Positions 9,073-19,522 of a DNA stretch of 64,000 nt are shown one piece after another; within the stretch, counting starts at the first letter, position 1; each line of letters opens with the position of its first letter. The stretch comes from an uncultured cyanobacterium (lineage in GTDB: Bacteria > Cyanobacteriota > Cyanobacteriia > PCC-6307 > Cyanobiaceae). The DNA lies in the NCBI GenBank assembly GCA_963765575.1, contig CAVXWZ010000011.1, positions 128,001-192,000 on the forward strand, in the 5' to 3' direction. Made by a program: the position numbers and the translations under genes. Below the pieces are notes generated by a model. That model was not told the origin of the DNA and made no database searches. It saw only the letters and a program-made list of their open reading frames with translations.

Positions 9073-10533
9073 ATGGGCCAGACGTTGGTCACCGACCGGC
9101 TGCTGCGCAGCTGGCTGCGCTGCAGGCGCCGGGCCTGGCTCGACCGTCACGGCGACCCCAGCCAGCGCCTCTGGACCGCCCACCGGGCCCTGGCGCTCAG
9201 CGACCAGGTGGGCAGCTTCCAGAGCCTGCTGCCCCGCCGGCCGGGCCATGGAGAGGCGGCCTGTGCCGCCGGGGAACCCGGCGTGGTGGGGCTGCGCCTC
9301 TACGGCAGCACCCCCGCCGGGGGGCCGTTGGAGGCCCATCCGGCCCTGTTGGAGCGGGTGGCGGGCTCCAGCCGCTGGGGCGACCACGCCTACTGGCCCG
9401 TGCTGGGCCGCCAGGGGCGCCACCTCACCCGGGAGCACCGGCTGGTGCTCACCCTCTGGGGCCGGCTGCTGGCGGAGCGGCAGCAGGCGCCGGTGCCCCT
9501 GGCCCTGGCGGTGGCCGGGGAGGGACGGGGCCTGCAGCGCCAGCGCCTGCCCCTCGGTGGCGGTCTGCAGCGCCAGCTGGATGAAGCGCTGGAGCGTCTG
9601 GCCGGGGATCTGGGCCGCCCGGAGCCGCCGCCGCTGGTGGCCGACCGCAAGAAATGCGTGCTCTGTGGCTGGCGCGGCCCGTGCGACCAGGAAGCCCGCC
9701 GCCTCGGCCATCTCAGTGAGGTGAGCGGCATCGGCGGCCGGCGCCGGGAACTGCTGCTTGAGCAGGGCATCACCAGCCTCCGCGAGCTGGCCGCCTGCGA
9801 TCCCGCCGCCCTGGCGGAGTCCCTGGCGGTGCATGGGGATCAGCACCGCGACATTGCCGCCCAGCTGGTGGCCCAGGCGCGGGTGCAGGCCTGCGGGCAG
9901 CCCGAGCGCCTGCGGCCTGAGGGCGGCGAGGCCGGACCGTTGCCGGAGCTGGCCACGGCGCCTGGGCTGCTGCTCTACGACATCGAGTCGGATCCGGATG
10001 CCCGCGACGACTTCCTGCACGGCTTCGTGATCGTGCGGCGGGCTGCTGATGGGGCCTGGCCCAGCCAGCCCCGGCCCGCTGAGCCCTGGCCTTACCACCC
10101 CCTGCTGGCCCTGCAGGAGCATGGCGAGGCGCGCCTGTGGCTGCGACTGCGCCGGCTCCTGGCCCGCTACCCCGGCTGGCCCGTGCTGCATTACGGCGAA
10201 ACCGAGTCGATCGCCCTGCTGCGCCTGGCCCGGCGCCAGGGGGCCAGCGACGACGAGGTGGAGCAGCTCAGGCAGCGCCTGCTCGATGTGCATGCCCGCG
10301 TGCGGCGGCACTGGCGCCTGCCGGTACACAGCTACGGCCTCAAGGCGGTGGCCAGCTGGCTGGGGTTCCACTGGAGCCAGGCCGGCGTGGAGGGGGCCCG
10401 CTGCCTGCTGTGGTGGCGCCAGTGGCGCCGGGACGGCGGCGCTGCACGCCTGCGGCGGATCTTCACCTACAACCGCGACGACAACCTGGCCACCTGGACG
10501 GTGGCCCGCTGGCTGCTCGATCAGGAGGACTGA
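9073..10533 (+). CDS. TM0106-family RecB-like putative nuclease with C-terminal RNase H-like domain
   Basis: N-terminal RCRRRAWLD, CxxCxWxxxC, HhH-like VSGIG, YDIESDP, SYGLKAVA, YNRDD. Confidence 0.85.
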   Translation: MGQTLVTDRLLRSWLRCRRRAWLDRHGDPSQRLWTAHRALALSDQVGSFQSLLPRRPGHGEAACAAGEPGVVGLRLYGSTPAGGPLEAHPALLERVAGSSRWGDHAYWPVLGRQGRHLTREHRLVLTLWGRLLAERQQAPVPLALAVAGEGRGLQRQRLPLGGGLQRQLDEALERLAGDLGRPEPPPLVADRKKCVLCGWRGPCDQEARRLGHLSEVSGIGGRRRELLLEQGITSLRELAACDPAALAESLAVHGDQHRDIAAQLVAQARVQACGQPERLRPEGGEAGPLPELATAPGLLLYDIESDPDARDDFLHGFVIVRRAADGAWPSQPRPAEPWPYHPLLALQEHGEARLWLRLRRLLARYPGWPVLHYGETESIALLRLARRQGASDDEVEQLRQRLLDVHARVRRHWRLPVHSYGLKAVASWLGFHWSQAGVEGARCLLWWRQWRRDGGAARLRRIFTYNRDDNLATWTVARWLLDQED

Positions 10534-11522
10534 GCGCCCGCCCCCTGCGGTGGCTTCACGAAGCCATCCCCAACCGACATCTGCAGCCGGGGCGCGGTGT
10601 CACCGGGGCCCGCCTGCAGCAGGGCCAGGCCCAGGGCCCGGCGGCGCACCAGCGCCAGCCCGATCCAGTCGCCGTTTTCCAGCGCCAGCGCCGACGTGAT
10701 CAGCCCCAGCCGGGAGCCGCCAGCGCCGGCGCCCTCGCTGTCACCAGCGGGCTCCGCCGCTGCGCTGGGTTGCTGCAGCACATCCCCCACGGCCGGGGCG
10801 GCGCTGCCGTCCCCGGCCCGCCAGTGCCAGCGCCGCAGCTGCTGCTTGACGCCGTCGTAGGTGGCCAGCTTGGCCAGGGTCTCCTGGCCCACGTAGCAGC
10901 CCTTGCTGAGGCTGACCCGATCCGCCAGCCCCAACTCAAAGGGATTGTGGTCGTCGTTGATCTCACCGGGCACCGCCGGCAGACCCAACTGGAGGCGCCA
11001 GCGCTCCTGCTGCGCAGGCAACAGCGGCAGCCGTGCGGCCCAGGCCGGCGGCAGCGACTCCCCCTCGCGCAGCAGCAGCGCCAGCCCCAGGGCGCCCTGC
11101 CCCAGCTGCCAGCCGCCAGCGTTCGCCAGCGCCTGCCAGCTGCCCGGCTGGGCCGGGGCCAGCGTCTCGCCGCTGCTGGGCACCGGCGTCATCAGCCAGC
11201 CGGGTTGGGGCGCCTGCAGCCGCACCCGGTCGGCGGGGAACAGCACCCGATCGAGGGCCTGGTGCACCTGGGCGCCGTCACCGGCGCTCACCGCCAGCCA
11301 GGCGCCCTCCCCATCGACCAGCACCTCGGCCAGGGCCCGCAGGCGGGCGGTGGGACTGATGCAGCAGGTGGGGATCCAGCTGCCGGGCGGGGCGCCTTCG
11401 AGGGGGGCACTGGTCTGGCCGTGGAGCACCCGCAGGGTGTCGCTGCCGTCGAGGCGGATCAGCCAAGCCGGCTGCCGCATCAGGGCGGGCCGCTCGGGCC
11501 GCCAGTCCCAGGGACTGCTCAT
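10521..11522 (-). CDS. ygfZ: Folate-binding YgfZ/GcvT-like protein
   Basis: KGCYVGQE motif, LHGQTS, NPFELGL. Confidence 0.9.
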   Translation of the reverse strand: MSSPWDWRPERPALMRQPAWLIRLDGSDTLRVLHGQTSAPLEGAPPGSWIPTCCISPTARLRALAEVLVDGEGAWLAVSAGDGAQVHQALDRVLFPADRVRLQAPQPGWLMTPVPSSGETLAPAQPGSWQALANAGGWQLGQGALGLALLLREGESLPPAWAARLPLLPAQQERWRLQLGLPAVPGEINDDHNPFELGLADRVSLSKGCYVGQETLAKLATYDGVKQQLRRWHWRAGDGSAAPAVGDVLQQPSAAAEPAGDSEGAGAGGSRLGLITSALALENGDWIGLALVRRRALGLALLQAGPGDTAPRLQMSVGDGFVKPPQGAGAQSS

Positions 11523-12136
11523 CGCCTCGCCTCCGCCGTGGCGGCGTGACAGGCCGCCACCTCCTCCAACAGGAACAGGCTGCGCAGCTCCAGGCCCGCC
11601 GCCGTCATCGCCTCCAGGCCGCCTTCCTGCCGGTCCACGATCGCCACCACCCGGTTCACCCGGTAGCCGGCCTGGCGCAGTTGCTGCACCGCCAGCAGTG
11701 ACGAACCACCGGTGGTCACCACGTCCTCCAGCACGGTGATGGTGCTGCCGGGCGGGGGCAGCGGACCCTCCAGCCAGGCGCCGGTGCCATGGCCCTTGGC
11801 CTGCTTGCGCACGATCAGGGCAGCGAGGCTGCGGCCGTCCAGGGCGGCCCGCATCGCCACGGCGCTCACCAGCGGATCGGCACCCAGGGTGAGGCCGGCG
11901 ACGGCGGCGGCTGCGGCTTCCACCTGCTCAAGCAGCAGGGAGCCGAGCAGGGCCAGCCCGGCGCCGCTGAGGCTCACCGGCTTGCAGTTGACGTAGTGGG
12001 GGCTGGTGCGTCCCGAGGCCAGGGTGAAGCTGCCGTGGCGGTAGGCGTGGCCGGCAAGCCGCTCCAGCAGCTGGCTGCGCATCGCCGCCGGTGCATTGGG
12101 CAGGGTGAGCCGGGGCTGAGACTCCAGAGGCGGCAC
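11519..12136 (-). CDS. pyrE: Orotate phosphoribosyltransferase
   Basis: [38 protein letters not shown]; start uncertain (GTG 12136 or ATG 12082). Confidence 0.95.
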   Translation of the reverse strand: MPPLESQPRLTLPNAPAAMRSQLLERLAGHAYRHGSFTLASGRTSPHYVNCKPVSLSGAGLALLGSLLLEQVEAAAAAVAGLTLGADPLVSAVAMRAALDGRSLAALIVRKQAKGHGTGAWLEGPLPPPGSTITVLEDVVTTGGSSLLAVQQLRQAGYRVNRVVAIVDRQEGGLEAMTAAGLELRSLFLLEEVAACHAATAEARR

Positions 12137-12249
12137 TGGTGAAACGGCGGCAATGGGCCTAGTTTGGATGGGGAGCGGCCATGGCTGGCAGATGCCGCAG
12201 GGCTGATCTCTCCGCAATCCCTGCACCGCTTTCACCGGAGGTCCCGGCC

Positions 12250-12843
12250 ATGTTGACCCTTCAGCGCCTACCCCTTCAGTGCCCGGCCCTGCTCGTGGCC
12301 TTTGCCCTGCCTGGGATCGCCCTGATCGCCGGCCCGCTGGCCGCTCCCGCCCTGGCGGGCCCGGTGGTCTGCACCACCAGCCTGGAGGCCCCGCCACCGG
12401 CTGTTGCCGGGACCACGCCGGCGGCCCCGGTGGAGGTGACCCGCTGCGGCACCGTGGAGAGCGTGCCCCAGTTGATGGACCGGCGCTTTTTCAGCTACAC
12501 GGCGCCCTTCGCCCGTGGCGTCAGCCTCACCAACCAGATCACCGACCTGTTCGGCATCGCCATGGGCGGCCGGCAGGGCAATCGCGTGATGGGCCTGGGG
12601 TTCCCCGACCAGACCATCATCTGGGACAGCTCGGCGGTGGGTAACACCGCCTCCTTCCTGCTGGACCAGCAGAGCGATCCGATGCCCCTGCGCACCGGTG
12701 ACATCTCCAGCGGCTTTTCGGGCAGCCTGAGCGGCGCTGCCGAGTCCATACCCGTGGAGCGCGCTTCCGGGGATGCCCCCCAGTCGTTCTCGATGGAGAG
12801 CAGCGGCGACACCTGGTCCGCGCCCGTGCGCGGCCTCTGGTGA
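12250..12843 (+). CDS. Picocyanobacterial exported hypothetical protein
   Basis: Signal-peptide-like N-terminus ending [24 protein letters not shown] core. Confidence 0.65.
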   Translation: MLTLQRLPLQCPALLVAFALPGIALIAGPLAAPALAGPVVCTTSLEAPPPAVAGTTPAAPVEVTRCGTVESVPQLMDRRFFSYTAPFARGVSLTNQITDLFGIAMGGRQGNRVMGLGFPDQTIIWDSSAVGNTASFLLDQQSDPMPLRTGDISSGFSGSLSGAAESIPVERASGDAPQSFSMESSGDTWSAPVRGLW

Positions 12844-12981
12844 GCCCGGCGGCGCGGTCCGCGCCGCCGGGGGTCTAGCAATCTGGTGAATGCAGTGGAC
12901 TCATAATCCGCCCAAGGCGAGTTCGATCCTCGCGACCCCCATGCCCGCGTCCATGCAGCGAACTGCGTCTCCCCGTCGCCC

Positions 12982-14325
12982 ATGGCCGGCACCAATGCCG
13001 TGATCTTGCTTCTGGCCCTGGCGGCCCTGGTGGCCCTCCGGGCTTTTTTCTCCGCCGGCGAGGCCGCCCTGATCCAGCTGCGGCCCAGCCGGGTCAACCA
13101 GCTCGTGGAGGCCGGCGAGCCTGGGGCCGCCGCCATCGCCAAGCTCCAGCGCCGGCTGCGCCGTGCCCTGGTGGCCACCCAGCTGGGTTCGGTGCTGGCC
13201 CTGGTGGCCTTCGGCTGGGCCGGCCGTGGCCTCGCTGAACGCCTGAGCCGGCTGGCCTTCAGCGGCGTGGCCACCCCGCCCCAGGCCTGGCTGGATCTGG
13301 CGGTGTTCCTGCTGATGGTGCTGGTGGCCACCCTGTTCGGCGGTCTGGCACCCAAGGCCTGGGTGCTGCACAGCCCCGAGCGCTCGGCCCTGCGGCTGGC
13401 GCCGCTGCTCGCCGCCCTCAGCCGCAGCCTGGCCCCCCTGCTCGGCCTGGTGGAGCGCCTGGGGGCGTTGCTGCTGCGGCTGCTGGGGCTGCCGCGCAAT
13501 TGGGATGAGCTGGTGCCGGTGCTGTCGGCGGGGGAGCTGGAGACGCTGATCGAAGCCGGCGGCGTCACGGGCCTGCTGCCCGACGAGCGCAACATCCTCG
13601 AGGGGGTGTTCTCCCTGCGGGACACCCGGGTGCGCGAGGTGATGGTGCCCCGCTCCGGCATGGTCACCCTGCCCCTGGAGGTGAGCTTCGCCGAGCTGAT
13701 GCGGGCCGTTCACGACACTGCCCATGCCCGCTTCCCGGTCACCGGTCGCTCCCTCGACGACGTGCTCGGCATGCTGGACCTGCGCCACCTGGCCGATCCC
13801 ATCGCCCGCGGGCTGCTGCAGCCCGCCTCGCCGCTGGCCCCCTACATCCGCCCGGTGGCCCGGGTGCAGGAGAGCTCCTCGCTGGCGGAGCTGCTGCCGA
13901 TCATCCGCCGGGGTCAGCCCCTGCTGGTGGTGGTGGATGAGCACGGCGGCACCGAGGGCCTGGTCACGGTGGCCGACCTCACCAGCGAGATCGTGGGCGA
14001 GGAGGAGAATCCCCTCGAGCCCGATGACGACCTCACCACCCTGGCGGAGGGCTGCTGGTCGGTGGCCGGCGATCTGGAGATCTTCGAGCTCAACCGTCAG
14101 TTGCCGGTGCCCCTGCCCGAGGCGGAAGACCACCACACCCTGGCCGGCTTTCTGCTCGAGCGCCTGCAGCACATCCCCGCCCCGGGTGAGGGCCTGCGCT
14201 GGCAGGGCTACCAGTTCCAGATCCTGGCCATGGACGGCCCCCGCATCGAGCGGGTGCAGATCGATCGCCGGGCCGAACCCTCGGCCGCTGAGCCCCAGGA
14301 GCCGGCGACGGCCCCCGAGCGCTGA
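12982..14325 (+). CDS. Hemolysin-family / CNNM-CBS-CorC domain membrane protein
   Basis: FFSAGEAAL, VREVMVPR, HARFPV, VVDEHGGTEGLVT, TLAGFLLERLQHIP. Confidence 0.92.
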   Translation: MAGTNAVILLLALAALVALRAFFSAGEAALIQLRPSRVNQLVEAGEPGAAAIAKLQRRLRRALVATQLGSVLALVAFGWAGRGLAERLSRLAFSGVATPPQAWLDLAVFLLMVLVATLFGGLAPKAWVLHSPERSALRLAPLLAALSRSLAPLLGLVERLGALLLRLLGLPRNWDELVPVLSAGELETLIEAGGVTGLLPDERNILEGVFSLRDTRVREVMVPRSGMVTLPLEVSFAELMRAVHDTAHARFPVTGRSLDDVLGMLDLRHLADPIARGLLQPASPLAPYIRPVARVQESSSLAELLPIIRRGQPLLVVVDEHGGTEGLVTVADLTSEIVGEEENPLEPDDDLTTLAEGCWSVAGDLEIFELNRQLPVPLPEAEDHHTLAGFLLERLQHIPAPGEGLRWQGYQFQILAMDGPRIERVQIDRRAEPSAAEPQEPATAPER

Positions 14326-14376
14326 AGCGATGGCCGCGGCGATCGTCGATAATCGGGCCGCCTGCGTGCCTCAGCC

Positions 14377-15369
14377 ATGAACCCGGTCCGCGTGGGGGTC
14401 ATCGGCATCGGCAACATGGGCTGGCACCACGCCCGTGTGCTCAGCCTGATCAAGGACGCCCAGCTGGTGGGCGTGGCGGATCCGCACCGCGCCCGGGGCC
14501 AGCTGGCCACCCAGCAGTTCGGCTGCCTCTGGTATCCCTCCCACGAGCCGTTGCTGGAGCAGGTGGACGCGGTGTGCATCGCCGTGCCCACGCTGCTGCA
14601 TCACCCGGTGGGACTGGCCTGTCTGCGGGCCGGCAAGCACGTGCTGATCGAGAAGCCGATCGCCGCCAGCGAGGAGGAGGCGACCGAGCTGATTGCCGCC
14701 GCCGAGCGGGCCGGCGTGCAGCTGCAGGTGGGTCACATCGAACGCTTCAACCCCGCCTTCCGGGAACTGGTGAAGGTGGTGGCCAGTGAGGAGGTGGTGG
14801 TGCTGGAGGCCCGGCGCCACAGCCCCAATCCCGAGCGGGCCAATGACGTGTCGGTGGTGCTCGACCTGATGATTCACGACATCGACCTGGTGTTGGAGCT
14901 GGCCGGCGCCCCGGTGATGGGCCTGGCCGCGGCGGGGGGGCGCAGCGCCGAGGGCCCGATCGACTACGTCAACGCCACCCTGGCCTTCACCAACGGCGTG
15001 GTGGCCAGCCTCACGGCCAGCAAGATGGCCCACCGCAAGATCCGCAGCCTCAGTGCCCACTGCCGCGCCAGCCTGGTGGAAACCGACTTCCTCAACCGCA
15101 CCCTGCACATCCACCGGCGCTCCCGCCAGTCAGTCAGCGCCGACCACGGTGAGCTGGTGTACCGCTCCGATGGTCTTGTGGAGGAGGTGAGCACCACCTC
15201 GATCGAGCCCCTCTATGCCGAGCTCACCCACTTCCTGGCCTGCGTGCGCGGCGATGAGTCGCCGGCGGTGGATGGTCTGCAGGCTTCCCGGGCGCTACGG
15301 CTCGCCGACCTGATCGAGCAGTGCGTGGAGCAGCCCCGCCTGTCGATGAGCCTGGAGCAACCGATCTGA
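14377..15369 (+). CDS. Gfo/Idh/MocA family oxidoreductase
   Basis: GVIGIGNMG, HVLIEKPIA, VGHIERFNP, DLMIHDID. Confidence 0.92.
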   Translation: MNPVRVGVIGIGNMGWHHARVLSLIKDAQLVGVADPHRARGQLATQQFGCLWYPSHEPLLEQVDAVCIAVPTLLHHPVGLACLRAGKHVLIEKPIAASEEEATELIAAAERAGVQLQVGHIERFNPAFRELVKVVASEEVVVLEARRHSPNPERANDVSVVLDLMIHDIDLVLELAGAPVMGLAAAGGRSAEGPIDYVNATLAFTNGVVASLTASKMAHRKIRSLSAHCRASLVETDFLNRTLHIHRRSRQSVSADHGELVYRSDGLVEEVSTTSIEPLYAELTHFLACVRGDESPAVDGLQASRALRLADLIEQCVEQPRLSMSLEQPI

Positions 15370-15370
15370 G

Positions 15371-18300
15371 TCAGGGGGCCTGGCTGAGCTCCCGCAGGGC
15401 CTCGAGCTGCCAGCGCCGGCAATCGGCCGGGGAGGCGCGGTAGAAGCGGTCCCAGGCGGCGGCCTTGTGGCGGCCGTAGTCGCTGGCCGGCACCTCCGGG
15501 TGGTGGCCCTGCCAGCCCACGCGCACCGCATGGCCGATGACCACGTCGAGGGCCAGGTCGTCCTCGACGCGCACCCGGGGGTTGGCCTCCGCGAACGCCA
15601 TCAGTGTGAGCAGCGTTTCGGTGCAGAGCTGGCGGTATTCCGGGGCCTCGATCTTGCTCAGCAGGTGCTCCACCAGGGAGGCGAAGTTGCGCTCGCCGGG
15701 GGTCTTCTCGCTCAGCAGCGGTTCGCTGGCCAGGCGGTTGCGCTTCTCCAGCTTGTCGCCGATGACGATGCCGTGGCAGTGGTGCAGCACCTCCCATACG
15801 CCGGCGTAGAAGTCGCGCGGCACCCGCCCCAGGGCGCCGAGGCGCATGCGGTGCTGCAGCCAGCACTCGCCCCGGGGCAGCTCCTCCAAGGGGGCCGGGG
15901 CCGTCCAGCGCACCCGTCCGCTCACGTGCAGCTGCTCCTTGCGCTGCAGGGCGGCACGGGCGTGGTCCGCATCCAGCACCACCGCCCGCAGCCGGCGCCG
16001 GATCGCATGGGGAGGCTGGCGGCAGAGGGCCTCGAAGGCGTCGATCGGGCTGAGCTCGGCCTCCTGGGCCAGCTCGCCGGTGAGCAGCAGCAGCAGTTGG
16101 CCAAGCTGGAGCGTGAGGCTGCCGCTGAGCAGGCTGGGCTCATGGCGCGCCACGCCGTCGAGGGCCAGCAGCAGCTCCTGCTGCAGCATCCACTCGCGGC
16201 CGTCCTCGCCGCTGAAGCGCCGGATCATGGCGGCGATCGTGTCACTGGAGCGGGGGCTGGTGATCAGCGAATCGGCGGTGTAGTTGCGGCCCACCACCAC
16301 CTGCTTCTGGCGCGCCAGCAGATCGGTGAGGGCATCCTCCAGCTGCGGATGCACCAGCTCCAGCTGGGCGGCCATGCGGCGCACGCCATCCCAGTCGGTC
16401 TCCGCCAGTGCCCGCCGGTACACCTCCTCCACGAGCTGGCGCAGGGCCAGCGCCTGGCCATCGGGACCCTGCAGCAGCGCATCGATGCCCAGGCGGCGGC
16501 CCAGCTGCTCCAGCACCTCAGCCTGCTCCTCCAGGGAGGTGCTGCTCCAGAGCCGTTGAGCCAGGTCGGCGATGCTGAGGTCGTCCCGTTCCAGCTCCAG
16601 CTCTTCGGCGGCCGTCAACGGGGCCTGGCGGCTGCTGGCCTGCAGGGGGGTGAGCGGTGAGGGCTCAGGGGCGCCCGCGTCGGCCGTGGGTGGCAGGTCC
16701 ACCCAGCTGGCCTGGTCGGCCAGTTCGTCCAGGCTGCCGAGCTGCACCGGCATGGCATCCAGCTGGCCGGACTGCAGTTGGTGGGCGAGGGCCAGCAGGG
16801 GCTCGGGGCTGGCCCGGAAGGCTGCCTCGGAGATCGGGATCAGCAGCAGCGGCACCCCCGCACCGCGCCAGTGGCGGCGCAACAGGCGCAGTTCCGCCAC
16901 CACGCTGTCCACCAGCTGCTCCGGATCGTCGGCCAGGTAGAAGCTGCCCTCCTCCAGCACCGCCGGCAGGAAGGCCAGCCGTTCCTGCTGTCCGGCGCCA
17001 TCGCTGCGCCGGTAGAGCCGGCCCGTGGCCAGCGTGCGCATGCTGCTGGGGGGATGGCCGCTGAGCCCCAGGCGGGGGTTGGCTCCCACCTTGGCCAGGC
17101 GCCGCGCCAAGGCATCGGAGGGTTCAATCCGGAAGCCGCCTGAACCGGCCCCTTCAGCAGCTGCTGCCGTGGGGGCGGCAGGGCTGCAGGGCAGCCCCTG
17201 CTCGCCCAGGCGCGCGGCGATGGCGGCGGTGGCCGGCACCAGGGCCACCAGCACCCGCTTGGCGCCCAGCCGGGCGCCCAGGCGCCGCCCGCAGGGATCC
17301 AGCTCGGCCGGGGTGATCAGCCCCGCCAGCAGCAGATCCCCCAGCCAGGTGAGGCTCTGGGTCCAGAGCAGGGGCACGTTGGCGTTGGCCAGCCGTGGCT
17401 GGCTGCCGGGCTGGCGGCGCTCGGCCGCCACGGCCTCCTCCGGCACCAGGTAGAGCTCGGGCAGCAGGGCCACGCCCTCCACCATCACGCTCACGCTCGC
17501 CAGCCGCTGACGCCACTGACGGGCTTCCTCCCAGCGTTGCTCGCAGCAGGCCGTGACCAGCTCATAGGCCCAGAACAGCGGCCACTGGCACTCGATGTGC
17601 TCGAACTGGGCCAGCTCTGCGCGCTCGTAGTGCAGGCGGGTGTGGTCCTCCACCACGGTCTGGTGGCCGTCGCGGCGGAAGCGCTTGTAGCCGTAGCCGC
17701 CGCTGAGGTCGCTGCGGATGCGGATGCGGGTGCGCTCCGCCAGCTCGGGCTCATCCACGGCCCAGGCCGGGTAGCCGATCACCGCCAGGCAGGCCGCATC
17801 CACCTCTTTGCTGGCTGATTCCCGTGGCAGCAGCCCCTCCAGCGCCCGTCGCAGACGCACGATCGCATCGTGGGGAATCACCAGGCAGGCGCTGCCATCG
17901 CCGTGGGGGCCGAACAGGTCCAGGCCCTCTAGGGCTTCCAGGGCCGCCTTCACCAGTCCGATCGAACTGGCGTTGCGCTCGGGCAGGCCGTGGTTGCCCT
18001 TGTCGCCCCGCTCCCAGATGCCGTAATCGGCCACCCGGTGGGCCTGGGCCACGTAGTACACCAGGTTCTGGATGAAGTCGCGCTCGTGGCTGGAACGCAC
18101 CACCACCAGCCCGGCGCGGGTGAGCTGGGCGAGCTGGAGCAGGAACAGCCCCGTGGCGTCCAGCTGCAGGTGTCCCCAGCCGTCGTCGGCCACCACCGGG
18201 TTGCCGCTGGCGGTGTCGAACTTGGCGTGGATCGCATCCAGCCGGTTGCGGCTGTGCTTGAAGCGCTCCACCTTGGCGGCCTGGCGCAGCATGGCGTTGA

Positions 18301-18613
18301 GCAGGCCGCGCATCAGCAGCAGCACCCGCTGCTCGAGCTCGAAGCTGCGGCGGTTGGCGCCCCGCAGGCGCCGGTGGGCCAGGGCCAGACCCCAAACGCA
18401 CTGGATGGAATAGACGCCATCGCGCACCCAGGCGTCGCCGTAGTTGCCGTGCACGGTGTGGGCCGTGCTGGCCGGCAGCAGGCCGGTGATCGGGTGCTGT
18501 CGGTCCAGCACCACCTGCTCGATCTGGCGGTCGAGGTCGTCGAGCAACGCCCAGGCCTGGCCAGGGTCAGCCAGGGCCGTCAGGGGCTCTGCTCGGGCCA
18601 TTTCGGGAAGCAC
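15371..18613 (-). CDS. Glycoside hydrolase family 15 / phosphorylase kinase alpha-beta-like protein
   Basis: QHPITGLLPAS, DAWVRD, WGHLQLDA, DYGIWERGDK, LPRESASKEVDA, GYKRFRRDGHQT, ECQWPLF, PEYRQL; about 1080 aa. Confidence 0.85.
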   Translation of the reverse strand: MLPEMARAEPLTALADPGQAWALLDDLDRQIEQVVLDRQHPITGLLPASTAHTVHGNYGDAWVRDGVYSIQCVWGLALAHRRLRGANRRSFELEQRVLLLMRGLLNAMLRQAAKVERFKHSRNRLDAIHAKFDTASGNPVVADDGWGHLQLDATGLFLLQLAQLTRAGLVVVRSSHERDFIQNLVYYVAQAHRVADYGIWERGDKGNHGLPERNASSIGLVKAALEALEGLDLFGPHGDGSACLVIPHDAIVRLRRALEGLLPRESASKEVDAACLAVIGYPAWAVDEPELAERTRIRIRSDLSGGYGYKRFRRDGHQTVVEDHTRLHYERAELAQFEHIECQWPLFWAYELVTACCEQRWEEARQWRQRLASVSVMVEGVALLPELYLVPEEAVAAERRQPGSQPRLANANVPLLWTQSLTWLGDLLLAGLITPAELDPCGRRLGARLGAKRVLVALVPATAAIAARLGEQGLPCSPAAPTAAAAEGAGSGGFRIEPSDALARRLAKVGANPRLGLSGHPPSSMRTLATGRLYRRSDGAGQQERLAFLPAVLEEGSFYLADDPEQLVDSVVAELRLLRRHWRGAGVPLLLIPISEAAFRASPEPLLALAHQLQSGQLDAMPVQLGSLDELADQASWVDLPPTADAGAPEPSPLTPLQASSRQAPLTAAEELELERDDLSIADLAQRLWSSTSLEEQAEVLEQLGRRLGIDALLQGPDGQALALRQLVEEVYRRALAETDWDGVRRMAAQLELVHPQLEDALTDLLARQKQVVVGRNYTADSLITSPRSSDTIAAMIRRFSGEDGREWMLQQELLLALDGVARHEPSLLSGSLTLQLGQLLLLLTGELAQEAELSPIDAFEALCRQPPHAIRRRLRAVVLDADHARAALQRKEQLHVSGRVRWTAPAPLEELPRGECWLQHRMRLGALGRVPRDFYAGVWEVLHHCHGIVIGDKLEKRNRLASEPLLSEKTPGERNFASLVEHLLSKIEAPEYRQLCTETLLTLMAFAEANPRVRVEDDLALDVVIGHAVRVGWQGHHPEVPASDYGRHKAAAWDRFYRASPADCRRWQLEALRELSQAP

Positions 18614-18687
18614 GGTGGGGTGGGGTGGGGCGGGTCGCGGCGGCGGATCCTGTAACCCATAGATTCTCCCCCGCGGCGCCTCGACCC

Positions 18688-19440
18688 ATGGCAGTGACGG
18701 CCACCGATGCGGCAGCCCCGCGGCGCAGCCAGGTGCTGGGGGTGCCGGTGGATGTCTGTCCGGACGTGTTTGAGGCGGCCCTCGCCCTCTGGCGCCATGG
18801 CGGTGGGCAGATCGTCACCCTCAACGCTGAGATGACCATGGCCGCCCGGGCGGATGCCGCGCTGGGTCGGGCCATCGCCGCCGCCCAGCTGGTGATCCCC
18901 GACGGCGCCGGGGTGGTGTGGGCCCTGGGGCGCCGGGGCCTGCGGGTGCGGCGCAGCCCGGGCATCGAGCTGGCCCACCGGCTGCTGGCCCAGGGCGCAG
19001 CCCAGCACTGGCGGGTGGCCCTGGTGGGGGCCTCACCGGCGGTGATGGAGCAGCTGACGGCGCGTCTGCGCGCCGAGCTCCCCGCCCTGGAGCTGGTGTT
19101 CAGCGCCCACGGCTACCAGTCAGCCGAAGCCTGGCCGGAGCTGGAGGCGAGGCTGTTGGAGGCCCGCCCCGACCTGGTGCTGGTGGCCCTGGGGGTGCCG
19201 CGGCAGGAAACCTGGATCGCTGATCTGAGCGGCCGCCGGGGGGGGCTCTGGATGGGGGTGGGCGGCAGCTTCGATGTCTGGGCCGGGGTCAAACGGCGTG
19301 CCCCCCGCTGGATGGGCGCCCTGCGGATCGAATGGTTGTACCGGCTGGTTCAGGAGCCGCGGCGCTGGCGACGCATGCTGGCCCTGCCGGAATTCGCCTG
19401 GGCGGTGCTCAGGCAGGGCCGCGGTTCATCCGGAAGCTGA
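18688..19440 (+). CDS. WecB/TagA/CpsF family glycosyltransferase
   Basis: IVTLNAE, IPDGAGVVWA, VALGVPRQE, GVGGSFDV, IEWLYRL..EPRRWRR. Confidence 0.93.
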   Translation: MAVTATDAAAPRRSQVLGVPVDVCPDVFEAALALWRHGGGQIVTLNAEMTMAARADAALGRAIAAAQLVIPDGAGVVWALGRRGLRVRRSPGIELAHRLLAQGAAQHWRVALVGASPAVMEQLTARLRAELPALELVFSAHGYQSAEAWPELEARLLEARPDLVLVALGVPRQETWIADLSGRRGGLWMGVGGSFDVWAGVKRRAPRWMGALRIEWLYRLVQEPRRWRRMLALPEFAWAVLRQGRGSSGS

Positions 19441-19480
19441 GTTGCCGCATGCTGAGTTGCCGCATGCTGAGCTGCCGATT
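19436..19480 (+). repeat. 15-bp tandem repeat, 3 copies (GCTGAGTTGCCGCAT, third copy degenerate)
   Basis: Read directly between the convergent wecB-like gene and psbK. Confidence 0.8.
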
Positions 19481-19522
19481 GCGCTTGCAGATCGGGCTGA
19501 AGCAGGTCGCTTCAGGGGGCGT

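Noticed and set aside
9073..10533. Cas4-like protein as evidence of a CRISPR or defence locus
   Set aside because: Stand-alone gene among housekeeping genes (pgm, ygfZ, pyrE); no array, cas1 or cas2
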